From: Escherichia coli
GTDB lineage: Bacteria > Pseudomonadota > Gammaproteobacteria > Enterobacterales > Enterobacteriaceae
Assembly (NCBI RefSeq): GCF_030013205.1
Contig: NZ_CP122648.1
Direction: 5' to 3' (one strand)
Length of the DNA stretch: 64,000 nt
Shown here: positions 44,525-62,287 of the stretch, piece after piece
How the letters are laid out: each line of letters begins with the position of its first letter
Position numbering within the stretch: the first letter of the stretch is position 1
Notes under the pieces: generated by a model
Seen by the model: the letters and a program-made list of their open reading frames with translations, nothing else
Told to the model about the DNA's origin: nothing
Database searches by the model: none
Made by a program: the position numbers and the translations under genes

Positions 44525-45235
44525 CTATCCTTCATTTTTTGGGTGAGTAAGTGGGCTGCGGCGCGAAGCAGACAGATCCACATGTTTGTGTCGGGCGTAG
44601 AGTTTGGCGAGCTGGACGAGAATAAACAGCGCCAGGCCCGCCAGACAGAGTTGTAAAATAAAGCGCAGCGTAATGCCTTCATTGGCGAGATCGCTTGCCA
44701 TCACGGTATAAATAACAATACCGGGCAGGGTCGTGAGTGCCGAAATAAGGGTATAAGGCCAGAAGGTGATTGTGGTTAATCCGTAAGCGTAATTTTGAAT
44801 ATTGTAAGGAAACAACGGGATTAAGCGGGTCAGAATAAGAAAATCAATACCGTTACGCGCAATGCCTTTTTCAATGGCCTGAAAGGTATGGCTATGGCCA
44901 ACGTATTTCAGCAGTAAATCACGTCCCAGCCAGCGCGCCAGCAGGAATGAGCACGAGGAGGCCAGCGTGGCGGCAATTAATGATAGTAGTGTCCCTAAGA
45001 GCGGGCCAAAAACTATTCCTCCAGCGATCACCAGTATGCTTCCTGGTAACAGAAAGAGGGTGGCAATGATGAATAACAGAATATAGAGGCTATAACCGAA
45101 CAATCCGCTCTGGCGAATGAGTGTCAGTAAGTGAGGTAAATCGGTGAGCAGCTCGAATAAACCGAAAGCGTGGAAAGCGTAAATGACCAGCGCAAAAATA
45201 AGACAGGCAAAAAGAAATTTACGCTCAGCGTTCAT
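44525..45235 (-). CDS. ydjX: DedA/TVP38-TMEM64 family inner membrane protein YdjX, 236 aa
   Basis: ORF 44525..45283 trimmed to ATG 45235 (MNAERKFLFACLIF...). Confidence 0.8.
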   Translation of the reverse strand: MNAERKFLFACLIFALVIYAFHAFGLFELLTDLPHLLTLIRQSGLFGYSLYILLFIIATLFLLPGSILVIAGGIVFGPLLGTLLSLIAATLASSCSFLLARWLGRDLLLKYVGHSHTFQAIEKGIARNGIDFLILTRLIPLFPYNIQNYAYGLTTITFWPYTLISALTTLPGIVIYTVMASDLANEGITLRFILQLCLAGLALFILVQLAKLYARHKHVDLSASRRSPLTHPKNEG

Positions 45236-45401
45236 TGTGGAGTTTCCTATATCAAACTTGATAATAGAGAAGTGGTCAGACAACTAAAAACGCAGTGACG
45301 GTATAACAAAGGGCGGCAGGCAACAAATCATTACTGACAGTTTGTTGATTTTTCTCAAGGTTAATTCTCCTGACCCAGTTTGAGCCAGGAGAACAGCTAA
45401 A

Positions 45402-46208
45402 TTAGCGGCGGAAGGTCGCCCAGACGGGGGCGTGATCGGACGGTTTTTCCATGCTGCGGATTTCATAGTCGATGCCGGTTTCTACGCAACATTCTGCCAG
45501 CGGTTGGCTGGCGAGAAGCAGGTCGATACGCAGACCGCGGTTATCGTCAAAACCTTTTGAGCGGTAATCAAACCATGAGAAACGATCGGCTGTTTGCGGA
45601 TTCGCCTGGCGGAAGGTATCGACCAACCCCCAGCTCATCAGTCTCTCCATCCATTCGCGTTCTTCCGGAAGGAAAGAGCATTTTCCGGTACGCAGCCAGC
45701 GCTTACGGTTCTCTTCGCCAATGCCAATATCCAGGTCGCCAGGACTGATATTCATATCGCCCATAATCAGCACCGGATTTTCACGCTTGAGTTCGGTTTC
45801 CAGGTAGTTTTGCAGATTCTGATAAAACTGCGCCTTTGCCGGGAATTTTATCGGATGGTCGCGGCTTTCACCCTGCGGGAAGTAACCGTTGATCACGGTG
45901 ACATTGCCCAGCGGTGAGGGGATTTCCGCCATAATAATCCGCCGCTGCGCCTCTTCGTCGTCACCGGGAAAACCGCGACGCACGGCAATCGGCGTCTCTT
46001 TGGTCAGCAGCGCCACGCCATAATGGCCTTTCTGCCCGTGATAAAACACGTTGTAGCCGAGCTTCGCCACCTCTTCGAGTGGAAACATATCGTCATGAAC
46101 TTTTGTCTCCTGCAGGCCAATCACATCCGGCTGGTGCTTTTCGACGATGGCTTCAAGCTGGTGAGGTCTGGCGCGCAGGCCGTTGATATTAAAAGAGACA
46201 AATTTCAT
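45402..46208 (-). CDS. xthA: Exodeoxyribonuclease III XthA, 268 aa
   Basis: ORF 45402..46220 trimmed to ATG 46208 ([14 protein letters not shown]...). Confidence 0.95.
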   Translation of the reverse strand: MKFVSFNINGLRARPHQLEAIVEKHQPDVIGLQETKVHDDMFPLEEVAKLGYNVFYHGQKGHYGVALLTKETPIAVRRGFPGDDEEAQRRIIMAEIPSPLGNVTVINGYFPQGESRDHPIKFPAKAQFYQNLQNYLETELKRENPVLIMGDMNISPGDLDIGIGEENRKRWLRTGKCSFLPEEREWMERLMSWGLVDTFRQANPQTADRFSWFDYRSKGFDDNRGLRIDLLLASQPLAECCVETGIDYEIRSMEKPSDHAPVWATFRR

Positions 46209-46473
46209 AGTCGCTGCCATTTATTCAGATAAAGAGTGCGTGGATGGTAGCAGAATTTCGCTTTGCGTACCGCCTGTTGTTAAGTGATTTGATCGATGGT
46301 TGTTAATGATGTCAACGATGGCGCAAAAAATGCCCGCTTTTGGTGCGCGCTGCGTCAGAATGGCGCAGTAATTTCCAGTAAATTTCGTCAATGATCACAA
46401 TTCCAGAATTATATTTTACTTCTGCATAACATTGCGTTTTTTATTCACCCACATCGCAAACGTATTCACTTTA

Positions 46474-46492
46474 TATGCACTTTAAATGCATA
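46474..46492. promoter_or_regulatory. Palindrome TATGCAC-TTTAAA-TGCATA upstream of astC; candidate ARG box (ArgR site)
   Basis: Perfect 6-bp arms with AT-rich spacer about 90-110 bp upstream of the sigma54 start; a second ARG-like half TATTCACTTTATAT directly upstream. Confidence 0.35.
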
Positions 46493-46556
46493 TGGTTTGG
46501 TTATAACTCCTTGATTTCCAGTTAGCCTCCGCCGTTTATGCACTTTTATCACTGGC

Positions 46557-46572
46557 TGGCACGAACCCTGCA
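46557..46572 (+). promoter_or_regulatory. Sigma54 (RpoN) -24/-12 promoter of astCADBE
   Basis: TGGCAC-GAACC-CTGCA matches TGGCAC-N5-TTGCA (GG and GC spaced correctly). Confidence 0.65.
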
Positions 46573-46608
46573 ATCTACATTTACAGCGTAAACATTACTT
46601 ATTATTAA

Positions 46609-52672
<6,064 letters not shown>

Positions 52673-52678
52673 TACTTA

Positions 52679-52709
52679 CCCGCAGAAATCATTCTGCGGG
52701 TATTAAGTT
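52679..52709 (+). terminator. Hairpin terminator candidate downstream of astE
   Basis: CCCGCAGAA-ATCA-TTCTGCGGG followed by a weak T-rich tract. Confidence 0.5.
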
Positions 52710-52845
52710 ACTTTCTTATAAATTAATACAGATTAATCCTGGTTATTTGCTTTATTTATCACCAGTCATCCGGTATAGTTCTTCATAATCTCTGCAAAAT
52801 CATCGTGTTGTAATATTCCCTCATCACTCTCCATCAAATTTTCTT

Positions 52846-52863
52846 TTTTTCTCCATAATTGGC
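52846..52863 (+). promoter_or_regulatory. BaeR box in the spy promoter region
   Basis: TTTTTCTCCATAATTGGC matches the BaeR consensus TTTTTCTCCATDATTGGC as I recall it. Confidence 0.55.
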
Positions 52864-52917
52864 GCAAAAGTGTTTTTTACACTTTCATTGTTTTACCGTT
52901 GCTCTGATTAATTGACG

Positions 52918-52932
52918 CTAAAGTCAGTAAAG
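52918..52932 (+). promoter_or_regulatory. Candidate CpxR-type tandem pentamer (CTAAA..GTAAA) upstream of spy
   Basis: CTAAAGTCAGTAAAG approximates GTAAA-N5-GTAAA but the spacing is imperfect. Confidence 0.3.
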
Positions 52933-53001
52933 TTAATCTCGTCAACACGGCACGCTTCTTAAGAAAGCCGTAATAAATAACTGAAAGGAAGGATATAGAA
53001 T

Positions 53002-53487
53002 ATGCGTAAATTAACTGCACTGTTTGTTGCCTCTACCCTGGCTCTTGGCGCGGCTAACCTGGCCCATGCCGCAGACACCACTACCGCAGCACCGGCTGAC
53101 GCGAAGCCGATGATGCACCACAAAGGCAAGTTCGGTCCGCATCAGGACATGATGTTCAAAGACCTGAACCTGACCGACGCGCAGAAACAGCAGATCCGCG
53201 AAATCATGAAAGGCCAGCGTGACCAGATGAAACGTCCGCCGCTGGAAGAACGCCGCGCAATGCATGACATCATTGCCAGCGATACCTTCGATAAAGCAAA
53301 AGCTGAAGCGCAGATCGCAAAAATGGAAGAACAGCGCAAAGCTAACATGCTGGCGCACATGGAAACCCAGAACAAGATTTACAACATCCTGACGCCGGAA
53401 CAGAAAAAGCAATTTAATGCTAATTTTGAGAAGCGTCTGACAGAACGTCCAGCGGCAAAAGGTAAAATGCCTGCAACTGCTGAATAA
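53002..53487 (+). CDS. spy: Periplasmic ATP-independent chaperone Spy, 161 aa
   Basis: ORF 53002..53487; signal peptide ending AHA. Confidence 0.95.
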   Translation: MRKLTALFVASTLALGAANLAHAADTTTAAPADAKPMMHHKGKFGPHQDMMFKDLNLTDAQKQQIREIMKGQRDQMKRPPLEERRAMHDIIASDTFDKAKAEAQIAKMEEQRKANMLAHMETQNKIYNILTPEQKKQFNANFEKRLTERPAAKGKMPATAE

Positions 53488-53507
53488 TCTTTCAGCCAAA
53501 AAACGTA

Positions 53508-53572
53508 AGACCGCCGGTCTTGTCCACTACCTTGCAGTAATGCGGTGGACAGGATCGGCGGTTTTCTTTTTT
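53508..53572 (+). terminator. Compound hairpin terminator downstream of spy
   Basis: AGACCG-C-CGGTCT, then GTCCAC...GTGGAC, then CGGCGG followed by TTTTCTTTTTT. Confidence 0.65.
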
Positions 53573-53611
53573 GTTCTCAAACAGATGCAAAAAAAGCCTG
53601 ATCGCCACTAA

Positions 53612-55112
<1,501 letters not shown>

Positions 55113-55204
55113 TGTTGACTCCGAATGCTGGTTATCTATCCAGTGTAACAGGCGGGGAGCGATTAAAAAAGAGGCGGGTTGATGACAAAGGTTACACCGT
55201 CTGA

Positions 55205-55303
55205 CGTGCTACGCCTGTCAGGCCTATTCGACTCATGCAATATATTGAATTTGCATAGTTTTGTGGGGCGAATAAGGCGTTCACGCCGCATCCGGCGTGA
55301 ACA
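55205..55303. repeat. BIME/REP elements between cho and nadE
   Basis: AGGCCTGACAGGCGTAGC-like and AAGGCGTTCACGCCGCATCCGGCG REP motifs; the 64-aa ORF 55179..55373 here is probably spurious. Confidence 0.55.
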
Positions 55304-55341
55304 AAGTACTCTTTTTCGCACAAACCAATATGTGCAAATTA

Positions 55342-56169
55342 TTACTTTTTCCAGAAATCATCGAAAACGGTAATTGGCGGACGGCGTTTATGTTCGGTTT
55401 TCAGATACCAGTTCTCTATTGTTCTGGCGACCTGTTCAGGTAGGTTTTTCCCTTCCAGATAGTCGTCGATATTGTCATAGGTCACGCCGAGTGCCACTTC
55501 ATCTGGCAGAGAAGGGCGATCATCTTCCAGATCGGCCGTTGGGGCTTTCTTATAAAGGTGTTCCGGGCAACCTAATGCCGCCAGTAACTGTTTACCCTGG
55601 CGTTTGTTGAGACGATACAGCGGATTAATATCCGTACCGCCGTCACCATATTTAGTGAAGAATCCGGTAATGGCTTCTGCTGCATGATCGGTGCCCACCA
55701 CGACACCGCTGGTCATACCCGCAATGCTATATTGTGCTTTCATCCGCTCACGCGCTTTTTCATTGCCACGGACAAAATCGCTCAGTTCAATGCCTGCTTC
55801 CCGCAATGCCTGCTCGCTGGCCAATACCGCGCCCTTGATATTAACGGTTAATACGCGATCCGGTTGAATAAAGGCAATGGCATCCTGGCAATCTTGTTCG
55901 TCGGCCTGAACACCATAGGGCAGGCGTACGGCAATAAATTGCAGCGATTCGTTGCCGGTTTCCTGGCGCAGCTCATTAATCGCCATCTGGCACAGCTTTC
56001 CGGCAAGCGTGGAGTCCTGACCGCCGCTGATCCCGAGCACCAGTGATTTAATGAACGGATAAGTTTGCAGGTAGCTTTTCAGAAAATCGACACTACGACG
56101 AATTTCCTCTTCAGCATTAATCTGCGGTTTTGCGCCCAGCGCCTTTATTATTTGTTGTTGCAATGTCAT
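55342..56169 (-). CDS. nadE: NH3-dependent NAD+ synthetase NadE, 275 aa
   Basis: ORF 55342..56169; PP-loop SGGQDS. Confidence 0.95.
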   Translation of the reverse strand: MTLQQQIIKALGAKPQINAEEEIRRSVDFLKSYLQTYPFIKSLVLGISGGQDSTLAGKLCQMAINELRQETGNESLQFIAVRLPYGVQADEQDCQDAIAFIQPDRVLTVNIKGAVLASEQALREAGIELSDFVRGNEKARERMKAQYSIAGMTSGVVVGTDHAAEAITGFFTKYGDGGTDINPLYRLNKRQGKQLLAALGCPEHLYKKAPTADLEDDRPSLPDEVALGVTYDNIDDYLEGKNLPEQVARTIENWYLKTEHKRRPPITVFDDFWKK

Positions 56170-56370
56170 TGAACCCCTCCAGACAGAAAAGACAAAACTT
56201 CCTTAAAGCTAACCCGTTGCTACTGAAACGACAAGCGACAGCGGGCTGAATGGTGGTTAAAACGTCATACAGGAATCCTCTGAAAGCGGAGCCGTTTCGT
56301 TCACGGGCTTGAAAAAGCGCCCAATGTATTCCAGGCTTATCTAACACGCTGATAAACAAGAGGACGGAAT

Positions 56371-56709
56371 ATGAACAAGAATATGGCAGGAATTCTGAGT
56401 GCAGCGGCGGTATTAACCATGCTGGCGGGTTGTACGGCTTATGATCGTACCAAAGACCAGTTTGTACAGCCTGTGGTGAAAGACGTCAAAAAAGGCATGA
56501 GCCGGGCGCAGGTTGCACAAATTGCAGGTAAACCTTCGTCTGAAGTGAGCATGATCCATGCTCGTGGTACTTGCCAGACCTACATCCTGGGTCAACGTGA
56601 TGGTAAAGCAGAAACCTACTTTGTCGCGTTAGATGATACCGGACATGTCATCAACTCCGGTTATCAGACCTGTGCTGAATACGACACTGATCCACAGGCT
56701 GCGAAGTAA
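56371..56709 (+). CDS. osmE: Osmotically inducible lipoprotein OsmE, 112 aa
   Basis: ORF 56371..56709; lipobox LAGC. Confidence 0.9.
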
Positions 56710-56742
56710 TCACTTCGCCTGAAAGCTTGAGTTACAACGGAA

Positions 56743-56768
56743 ACCGGCCATTGTGCCGGTTTTTTTTG
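56743..56768 (+). terminator. Rho-independent terminator downstream of osmE
   Basis: ACCGGC-CATTGT-GCCGGT followed by a T9 run. Confidence 0.75.
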
Positions 56769-56839
56769 GCCTGAGTTCTTAATTATCTTCGCGAATTATT
56801 TGCCCGAAATGTGAAGAGGGTCATAACCGCAGGTCAAGG

Positions 56840-56869
56840 AGAGACAATTTATAAGGTCAAAGAAATACT
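56840..56869 (+). promoter_or_regulatory. Direct repeat AGGTCAA (x2, 23-bp spacing) in the chb regulatory region; candidate regulator half-sites
   Basis: AGGTCAA at 56840-56846 and 56863-56869; the chb promoter is known to bind NagC, CRP and ChbR, but I cannot assign the motif to one of them. Confidence 0.25.
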
Positions 56870-57007
56870 ATTGCTCAGGTCTATACCGTATACTCCTTTC
56901 AGCCACAAAAAAAGTCATGTTGGTTTCGCAAGTTACCCAGAGCATGGAAGCAGGTTAAGGCTTGCGGAGTGTCTGGCTGACAGATAATCGTCGATGAGGG
57001 CAGTTTT

Positions 57008-57328
57008 ATGGAAAAGAAACACATTTATCTGTTTTGTTCTGCGGGCATGTCTACCTCTTTACTGGTATCAAAAATGCGCGCACAGGCAGAAAAATATGAA
57101 GTTCCGGTCATTATTGAAGCATTTCCGGAAACACTGGCTGGTGAAAAAGGTCAGAATGCCGATGTCGTGTTATTAGGGCCGCAGATTGCTTATATATTGC
57201 CCGAAATCCAGCGTTTGTTACCCAACAAACCGGTTGAAGTAATTGACTCGCTGCTTTATGGCAAAGTCGATGGTTTAGGCGTGCTTAAGGCTGCGGTTGC
57301 AGCGATTAAAAAAGCCGCAGCAAATTAA
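57008..57328 (+). CDS. chbB: Chitobiose PTS enzyme IIB ChbB, 106 aa
   Basis: ORF 57008..57328; phosphocysteine in FCSAGMSTS. Confidence 0.95.
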   Translation: MEKKHIYLFCSAGMSTSLLVSKMRAQAEKYEVPVIIEAFPETLAGEKGQNADVVLLGPQIAYILPEIQRLLPNKPVEVIDSLLYGKVDGLGVLKAAVAAIKKAAAN

Positions 57329-57342
57329 TTTATTTTAAATTT

Positions 57343-57355
57343 CCCCGTCAAAGAG
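57343..57355 (+). promoter_or_regulatory. ChiX sRNA pairing (decoy) site in the chbB-chbC spacer
   Basis: CCCCGTCAAAGAG is complementary to the remembered ChiX seed CUCUUUGACGGG. Confidence 0.55.
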
Positions 57356-57373
57356 TTATTTCATAAATCAATA

Positions 57374-57398
57374 CCGCAATATTTAAATTGCGGTTTTT
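57374..57398 (+). terminator. Intercistronic hairpin plus T-run between chbB and chbC
   Basis: CCGCAAT-ATTTAA-ATTGCGG followed by TTTTT, 15 bp upstream of the chbC start. Confidence 0.5.
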
Positions 57399-57412
57399 AA
57401 GGGTATTTTTCT

Positions 57413-58771
57413 ATGAGTAATGTTATTGCATCGCTTGAAAAGGTACTCCTCCCTTTTGCAGTTAAAATAGGAAAGCAGCCACACGTTAATGCAATCAAAA
57501 ATGGCTTTATTCGCTTAATGCCGTTAACCCTTGCGGGGGCCATGTTTGTATTAATTAACAACGTTTTTCTAAGCTTTGGGGAGGGGTCGTTTTTTTATTC
57601 CTTAGGTATTCGCCTGGATGCCTCAACCATTGAAACACTTAATGGTCTGAAAGGTATTGGCGGCAACGTATATAACGGAACATTAGGGATAATGTCTTTA
57701 ATGGCACCGTTCTTTATTGGCATGGCACTGGCAGAAGAGCGTAAAGTCGATGCGCTGGCGGCTGGGTTGTTATCCGTTGCAGCATTTATGACCGTCACCC
57801 CTTATAGTGTCGGTGAGGCCTATGCGGTTGGCGCAAACTGGTTAGGTGGGGCGAATATCATCTCCGGGATTATTATTGGCCTGGTGGTGGCAGAAATGTT
57901 TACCTTTATTGTCCACCGCAATTGGGTCATTAAATTGCCCGACAGCGTACCTGCTTCAGTATCGCGTTCCTTCTCGGCATTAATCCCCGGCTTTATTATT
58001 CTTTCCGTGATGGGGATTATTGCCTGGGCGTTGAATACCTGGGGTACCAATTTCCATCAGATCATTATGGATACCATCTCAACCCCACTGGCATCGTTGG
58101 GTAGCGTGGTGGGATGGGCCTATGTGATCTTTGTTCCACTGCTCTGGTTCTTCGGTATTCATGGCGCGCTGGCGCTGACCGCACTGGACAACGGCATTAT
58201 GACGCCGTGGGCGCTGGAAAACATCGCGACCTATCAGCAATATGGTTCCGTCGAAGCGGCGTTGGCAGCCGGTAAGACCTTCCATATCTGGGCCAAGCCG
58301 ATGCTGGACTCCTTTATTTTCCTCGGTGGCAGTGGTGCGACTTTGGGTCTGATCCTGGCTATCTTTATCGCTTCTCGCCGTGCTGATTATCGTCAGGTGG
58401 CAAAACTGGCGCTGCCGTCCGGCATCTTCCAGATTAACGAACCGATTCTGTTTGGTCTGCCAATTATCATGAACCCGGTGATGTTTATTCCGTTTGTACT
58501 GGTACAACCGATTCTGGCGGCAATCACCCTCGCAGCTTACTACATGGGCATTATTCCTCCGGTGACCAATATTGCACCGTGGACCATGCCAACCGGTCTG
58601 GGAGCCTTCTTTAACACCAACGGTAGCGTCGCCGCATTGCTGGTCGCACTCTTCAACCTTGGTATCGCAACGTTAATTTATCTGCCCTTTGTTGTGGTCG
58701 CTAACAAAGCACAAAACGCGATTGATAAAGAAGAGAGCGAAGAAGATATCGCTAACGCCCTGAAATTTTAA
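57413..58771 (+). CDS. chbC: Chitobiose PTS enzyme IIC ChbC, 452 aa
   Basis: ORF 57413..58771; polytopic membrane protein. Confidence 0.95.
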   Translation: MSNVIASLEKVLLPFAVKIGKQPHVNAIKNGFIRLMPLTLAGAMFVLINNVFLSFGEGSFFYSLGIRLDASTIETLNGLKGIGGNVYNGTLGIMSLMAPFFIGMALAEERKVDALAAGLLSVAAFMTVTPYSVGEAYAVGANWLGGANIISGIIIGLVVAEMFTFIVHRNWVIKLPDSVPASVSRSFSALIPGFIILSVMGIIAWALNTWGTNFHQIIMDTISTPLASLGSVVGWAYVIFVPLLWFFGIHGALALTALDNGIMTPWALENIATYQQYGSVEAALAAGKTFHIWAKPMLDSFIFLGGSGATLGLILAIFIASRRADYRQVAKLALPSGIFQINEPILFGLPIIMNPVMFIPFVLVQPILAAITLAAYYMGIIPPVTNIAPWTMPTGLGAFFNTNGSVAALLVALFNLGIATLIYLPFVVVANKAQNAIDKEESEEDIANALKF

Positions 58772-58821
58772 TCGATGCCGGTACGGGTAATCGTGCCGGT
58801 AAGAAAAGAGAGGAACGATGT

Positions 58822-59172
58822 ATGATGGATCTCGATAACATTCCCGATACGCAAACAGAAGCTGAAGAGCTGGAAGAAGTGGTGATGGGACTTATCATCA
58901 ACTCCGGACAAGCGCGCAGCCTGGCGTATGCCGCACTGAAACAGGCGAAGCAGGGCGATTTTGCCGCAGCAAAAGCCATGATGGATCAGTCACGGATGGC
59001 ATTGAATGAAGCGCATCTGGTACAGACGAAACTGATTGAAGGCGATGCGGGCGAAGGTAAGATGAAAGTGAGTCTGGTGCTGGTCCACGCTCAGGATCAT
59101 TTAATGACGTCCATGCTTGCGCGTGAACTGATTACCGAATTAATTGAGCTTCATGAAAAACTGAAGGCATAA
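58822..59172 (+). CDS. chbA: Chitobiose PTS enzyme IIA ChbA, 116 aa
   Basis: ORF 58822..59172. Confidence 0.95.
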   Translation: MMDLDNIPDTQTEAEELEEVVMGLIINSGQARSLAYAALKQAKQGDFAAAKAMMDQSRMALNEAHLVQTKLIEGDAGEGKMKVSLVLVHAQDHLMTSMLARELITELIELHEKLKA

Positions 59173-59179
59173 GGAGTCG

Positions 59180-60022
59180 ATGATGCAGCCAGTGATTAAC
59201 GCGCCGGAAATTGCCACTGCCCGAGAACAGCAGTTGTTTAATGGCAAAAACTTCCATGTGTTTATCTACAACAAAACTGAGAGTATCAGCGGACTGCATC
59301 AGCACGACTATTATGAATTTACTCTGGTATTAACCGGGCGTTATTTCCAGGAGATTAACGGTAAGCGCGTGTTACTGGAACGGGGCGATTTTGTTTTTAT
59401 TCCGTTAGGTTCGCACCATCAAAGTTTTTATGAGTTTGGTGCCACGCGCATATTGAATGTTGGGATCAGTAAACGCTTTTTTGAGCAGCATTACCTGCCG
59501 TTGTTGCCTTATTGCTTTGTCGCTTCGCAGGTATACCGGACCAATAACGCTTTTCTCACCTATGTGGAAACAGTGATTTCTTCATTGAATTTCCGCGAAA
59601 CAGGGCTGGAAGAGTTTGTTGAGATGGTTACTTTTTATGTCATTAACCGTTTACGTCATTACCGCGAAGAACAGGTGATTGATGATGTACCGCAGTGGCT
59701 GAAAAGTACGGTAGAAAAGATGCATGATAAAGAGCAGTTTAGTGAGTCGGCACTGGAGAATATGGTGACGTTGTCAGCCAAATCACAGGAATATTTGACG
59801 CGAGCGACTCAACGATATTATGGCAAAACGCCAATGCAGATTATTAATGAAATCCGTATTAATTTTGCCAAAAAACAACTGGAAATGACCAACTATTCAG
59901 TGACGGATATTGCGTTTGAGGCCGGTTATAGTAGCCCGAGTTTGTTTATTAAAACGTTTAAGAAATTAACGTCCTTTACGCCTAAGAGCTATCGTAAGAA
60001 ATTGACTGAATTTAATCAGTAA
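59180..60022 (+). CDS. chbR: AraC-family dual regulator ChbR, 280 aa
   Basis: ORF 59180..60022; C-terminal AraC HTH. Confidence 0.95.
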   Translation: MMQPVINAPEIATAREQQLFNGKNFHVFIYNKTESISGLHQHDYYEFTLVLTGRYFQEINGKRVLLERGDFVFIPLGSHHQSFYEFGATRILNVGISKRFFEQHYLPLLPYCFVASQVYRTNNAFLTYVETVISSLNFRETGLEEFVEMVTFYVINRLRHYREEQVIDDVPQWLKSTVEKMHDKEQFSESALENMVTLSAKSQEYLTRATQRYYGKTPMQIINEIRINFAKKQLEMTNYSVTDIAFEAGYSSPSLFIKTFKKLTSFTPKSYRKKLTEFNQ

Positions 60023-60126
60023 GTCGTTATACCTGACAATTCACATATCTGTCCTGTTGCTGGATTATTTATGTCCGGGGGGGCAGATATGCCAGATATC
60101 AGTATTCTGTACTGAAGGGAGAAATT

Positions 60127-61479
60127 ATGAGCCAGAAATTAAAAGTCGTCACTATTGGTGGCGGGAGCAGCTATACCCCGGAGTTACTGGAAGGATTTAT
60201 TAAGCGTTATCACGAATTGCCGGTCAGCGAATTATGGCTGGTGGATGTCGAAGGTGGTAAAGCTAAACTGGATATTATTTTTGATCTCTGCCAACGGATG
60301 ATTGATAACGCTGGCGTCCCGATGAAGCTTTATAAAACGCTGGATCGCCGCGAAGCATTGAAAGATGCTGATTTCGTTACTACCCAACTGCGCGTAGGCC
60401 AATTACCGGCGCGCGAACTGGATGAACGTATTCCATTAAGTCATGGTTATCTTGGTCAGGAAACTAACGGCGCGGGCGGTCTGTTTAAAGGTCTGCGTAC
60501 CATTCCGGTGATTTTTGACATCGTAAAAGATGTCGAAGAACTTTGTCCGAATGCATGGGTGATTAACTTCACTAACCCGGCGGGAATGGTCACTGAAGCC
60601 GTTTATCGTCATACCGGATTTAAACGCTTTATCGGCGTGTGTAATATTCCGATCGGCATGAAGATGTTTATTCGCGATGTTCTGATGCTGAAAGACAGCG
60701 ATGATTTATCTATCGATCTGTTCGGCCTCAACCATATGGTGTTCATTAAAGATGTGCTGGTAAATGGCAAATCACGCTTTGCCGAATTGCTTGATGGTGT
60801 GGCATCCGGGCAGTTAAAAGCATCTGGCGTTAAAAATATTTTCGATCTGCCATTTAGCGAAGGCTTAATTCGTTCTCTGAATCTGTTGCCGTGTTCTTAT
60901 TTACTTTATTACTTCAAGCAAAAAGAGATGCTGGCTATTGAAATGGGCGAATACTACAAAGGCGGCGCACGAGCACAGGTAGTACAGAAAGTCGAGAAAC
61001 AACTTTTTGAGCTGTATAAAAACCCGGAGTTGAAAGTTAAGCCGAAAGAACTGGAACAGCGCGGTGGGGCTTATTACTCTGATGCAGCGTGCGAAGTGAT
61101 CAACGCTATCTACAACGACAAGCAAGCTGAACATTACGTTAATATCCCGCATCATGGGCATATTGATAATATTCCGGCAGACTGGGCGGTAGAAATGACC
61201 TGTACGCTGGGGCGCGATGGCGCGACGCCACATCCGCGCATTACGCATTTCGATGATAAAGTGATGGGGCTGATTCACACCATTAAAGGCTTCGAGATTG
61301 CTGCCAGCAACGCTGCACTTAGCGGAGAATTTAACGATGTGTTACTGGCGCTAAACCTTAGTCCGTTGGTGCATTCCGATCGCGATGCTGAGCTGCTGGC
61401 ACGCGAGATGATTCTGGCGCACGAGAAATGGCTGCCAAATTTTGCCGACTGCATCGCAGAGCTTAAAAAAGCACATTAA
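60127..61479 (+). CDS. chbF: Family-4 glycosyl hydrolase ChbF (6-phospho-beta-glucosidase), 450 aa
   Basis: ORF 60127..61479; N-terminal NAD-binding fold VVTIGGGSSYTPEL. Confidence 0.95.
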   Translation: MSQKLKVVTIGGGSSYTPELLEGFIKRYHELPVSELWLVDVEGGKAKLDIIFDLCQRMIDNAGVPMKLYKTLDRREALKDADFVTTQLRVGQLPARELDERIPLSHGYLGQETNGAGGLFKGLRTIPVIFDIVKDVEELCPNAWVINFTNPAGMVTEAVYRHTGFKRFIGVCNIPIGMKMFIRDVLMLKDSDDLSIDLFGLNHMVFIKDVLVNGKSRFAELLDGVASGQLKASGVKNIFDLPFSEGLIRSLNLLPCSYLLYYFKQKEMLAIEMGEYYKGGARAQVVQKVEKQLFELYKNPELKVKPKELEQRGGAYYSDAACEVINAIYNDKQAEHYVNIPHHGHIDNIPADWAVEMTCTLGRDGATPHPRITHFDDKVMGLIHTIKGFEIAASNAALSGEFNDVLLALNLSPLVHSDRDAELLAREMILAHEKWLPNFADCIAELKKAH

Positions 61480-62241
<762 letters not shown>

Positions 62242-62252
62242 GTAAGGTGGTA

Positions 62253-62278
62253 AGGTCACTCCCCGTGGGGCGTGACCT
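62253..62278. terminator. GC-rich hairpin between convergent chbG and katE
   Basis: AGGTCAC-TCCCCGTGGGGC-GTGACCT. Confidence 0.45.
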
Positions 62279-62287
62279 TATCCATAT

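Noticed and set aside
55179-55373. 64-aa ORF between cho and nadE
   Set aside because: Coincides with BIME/REP palindromes; repeat-derived reading frame
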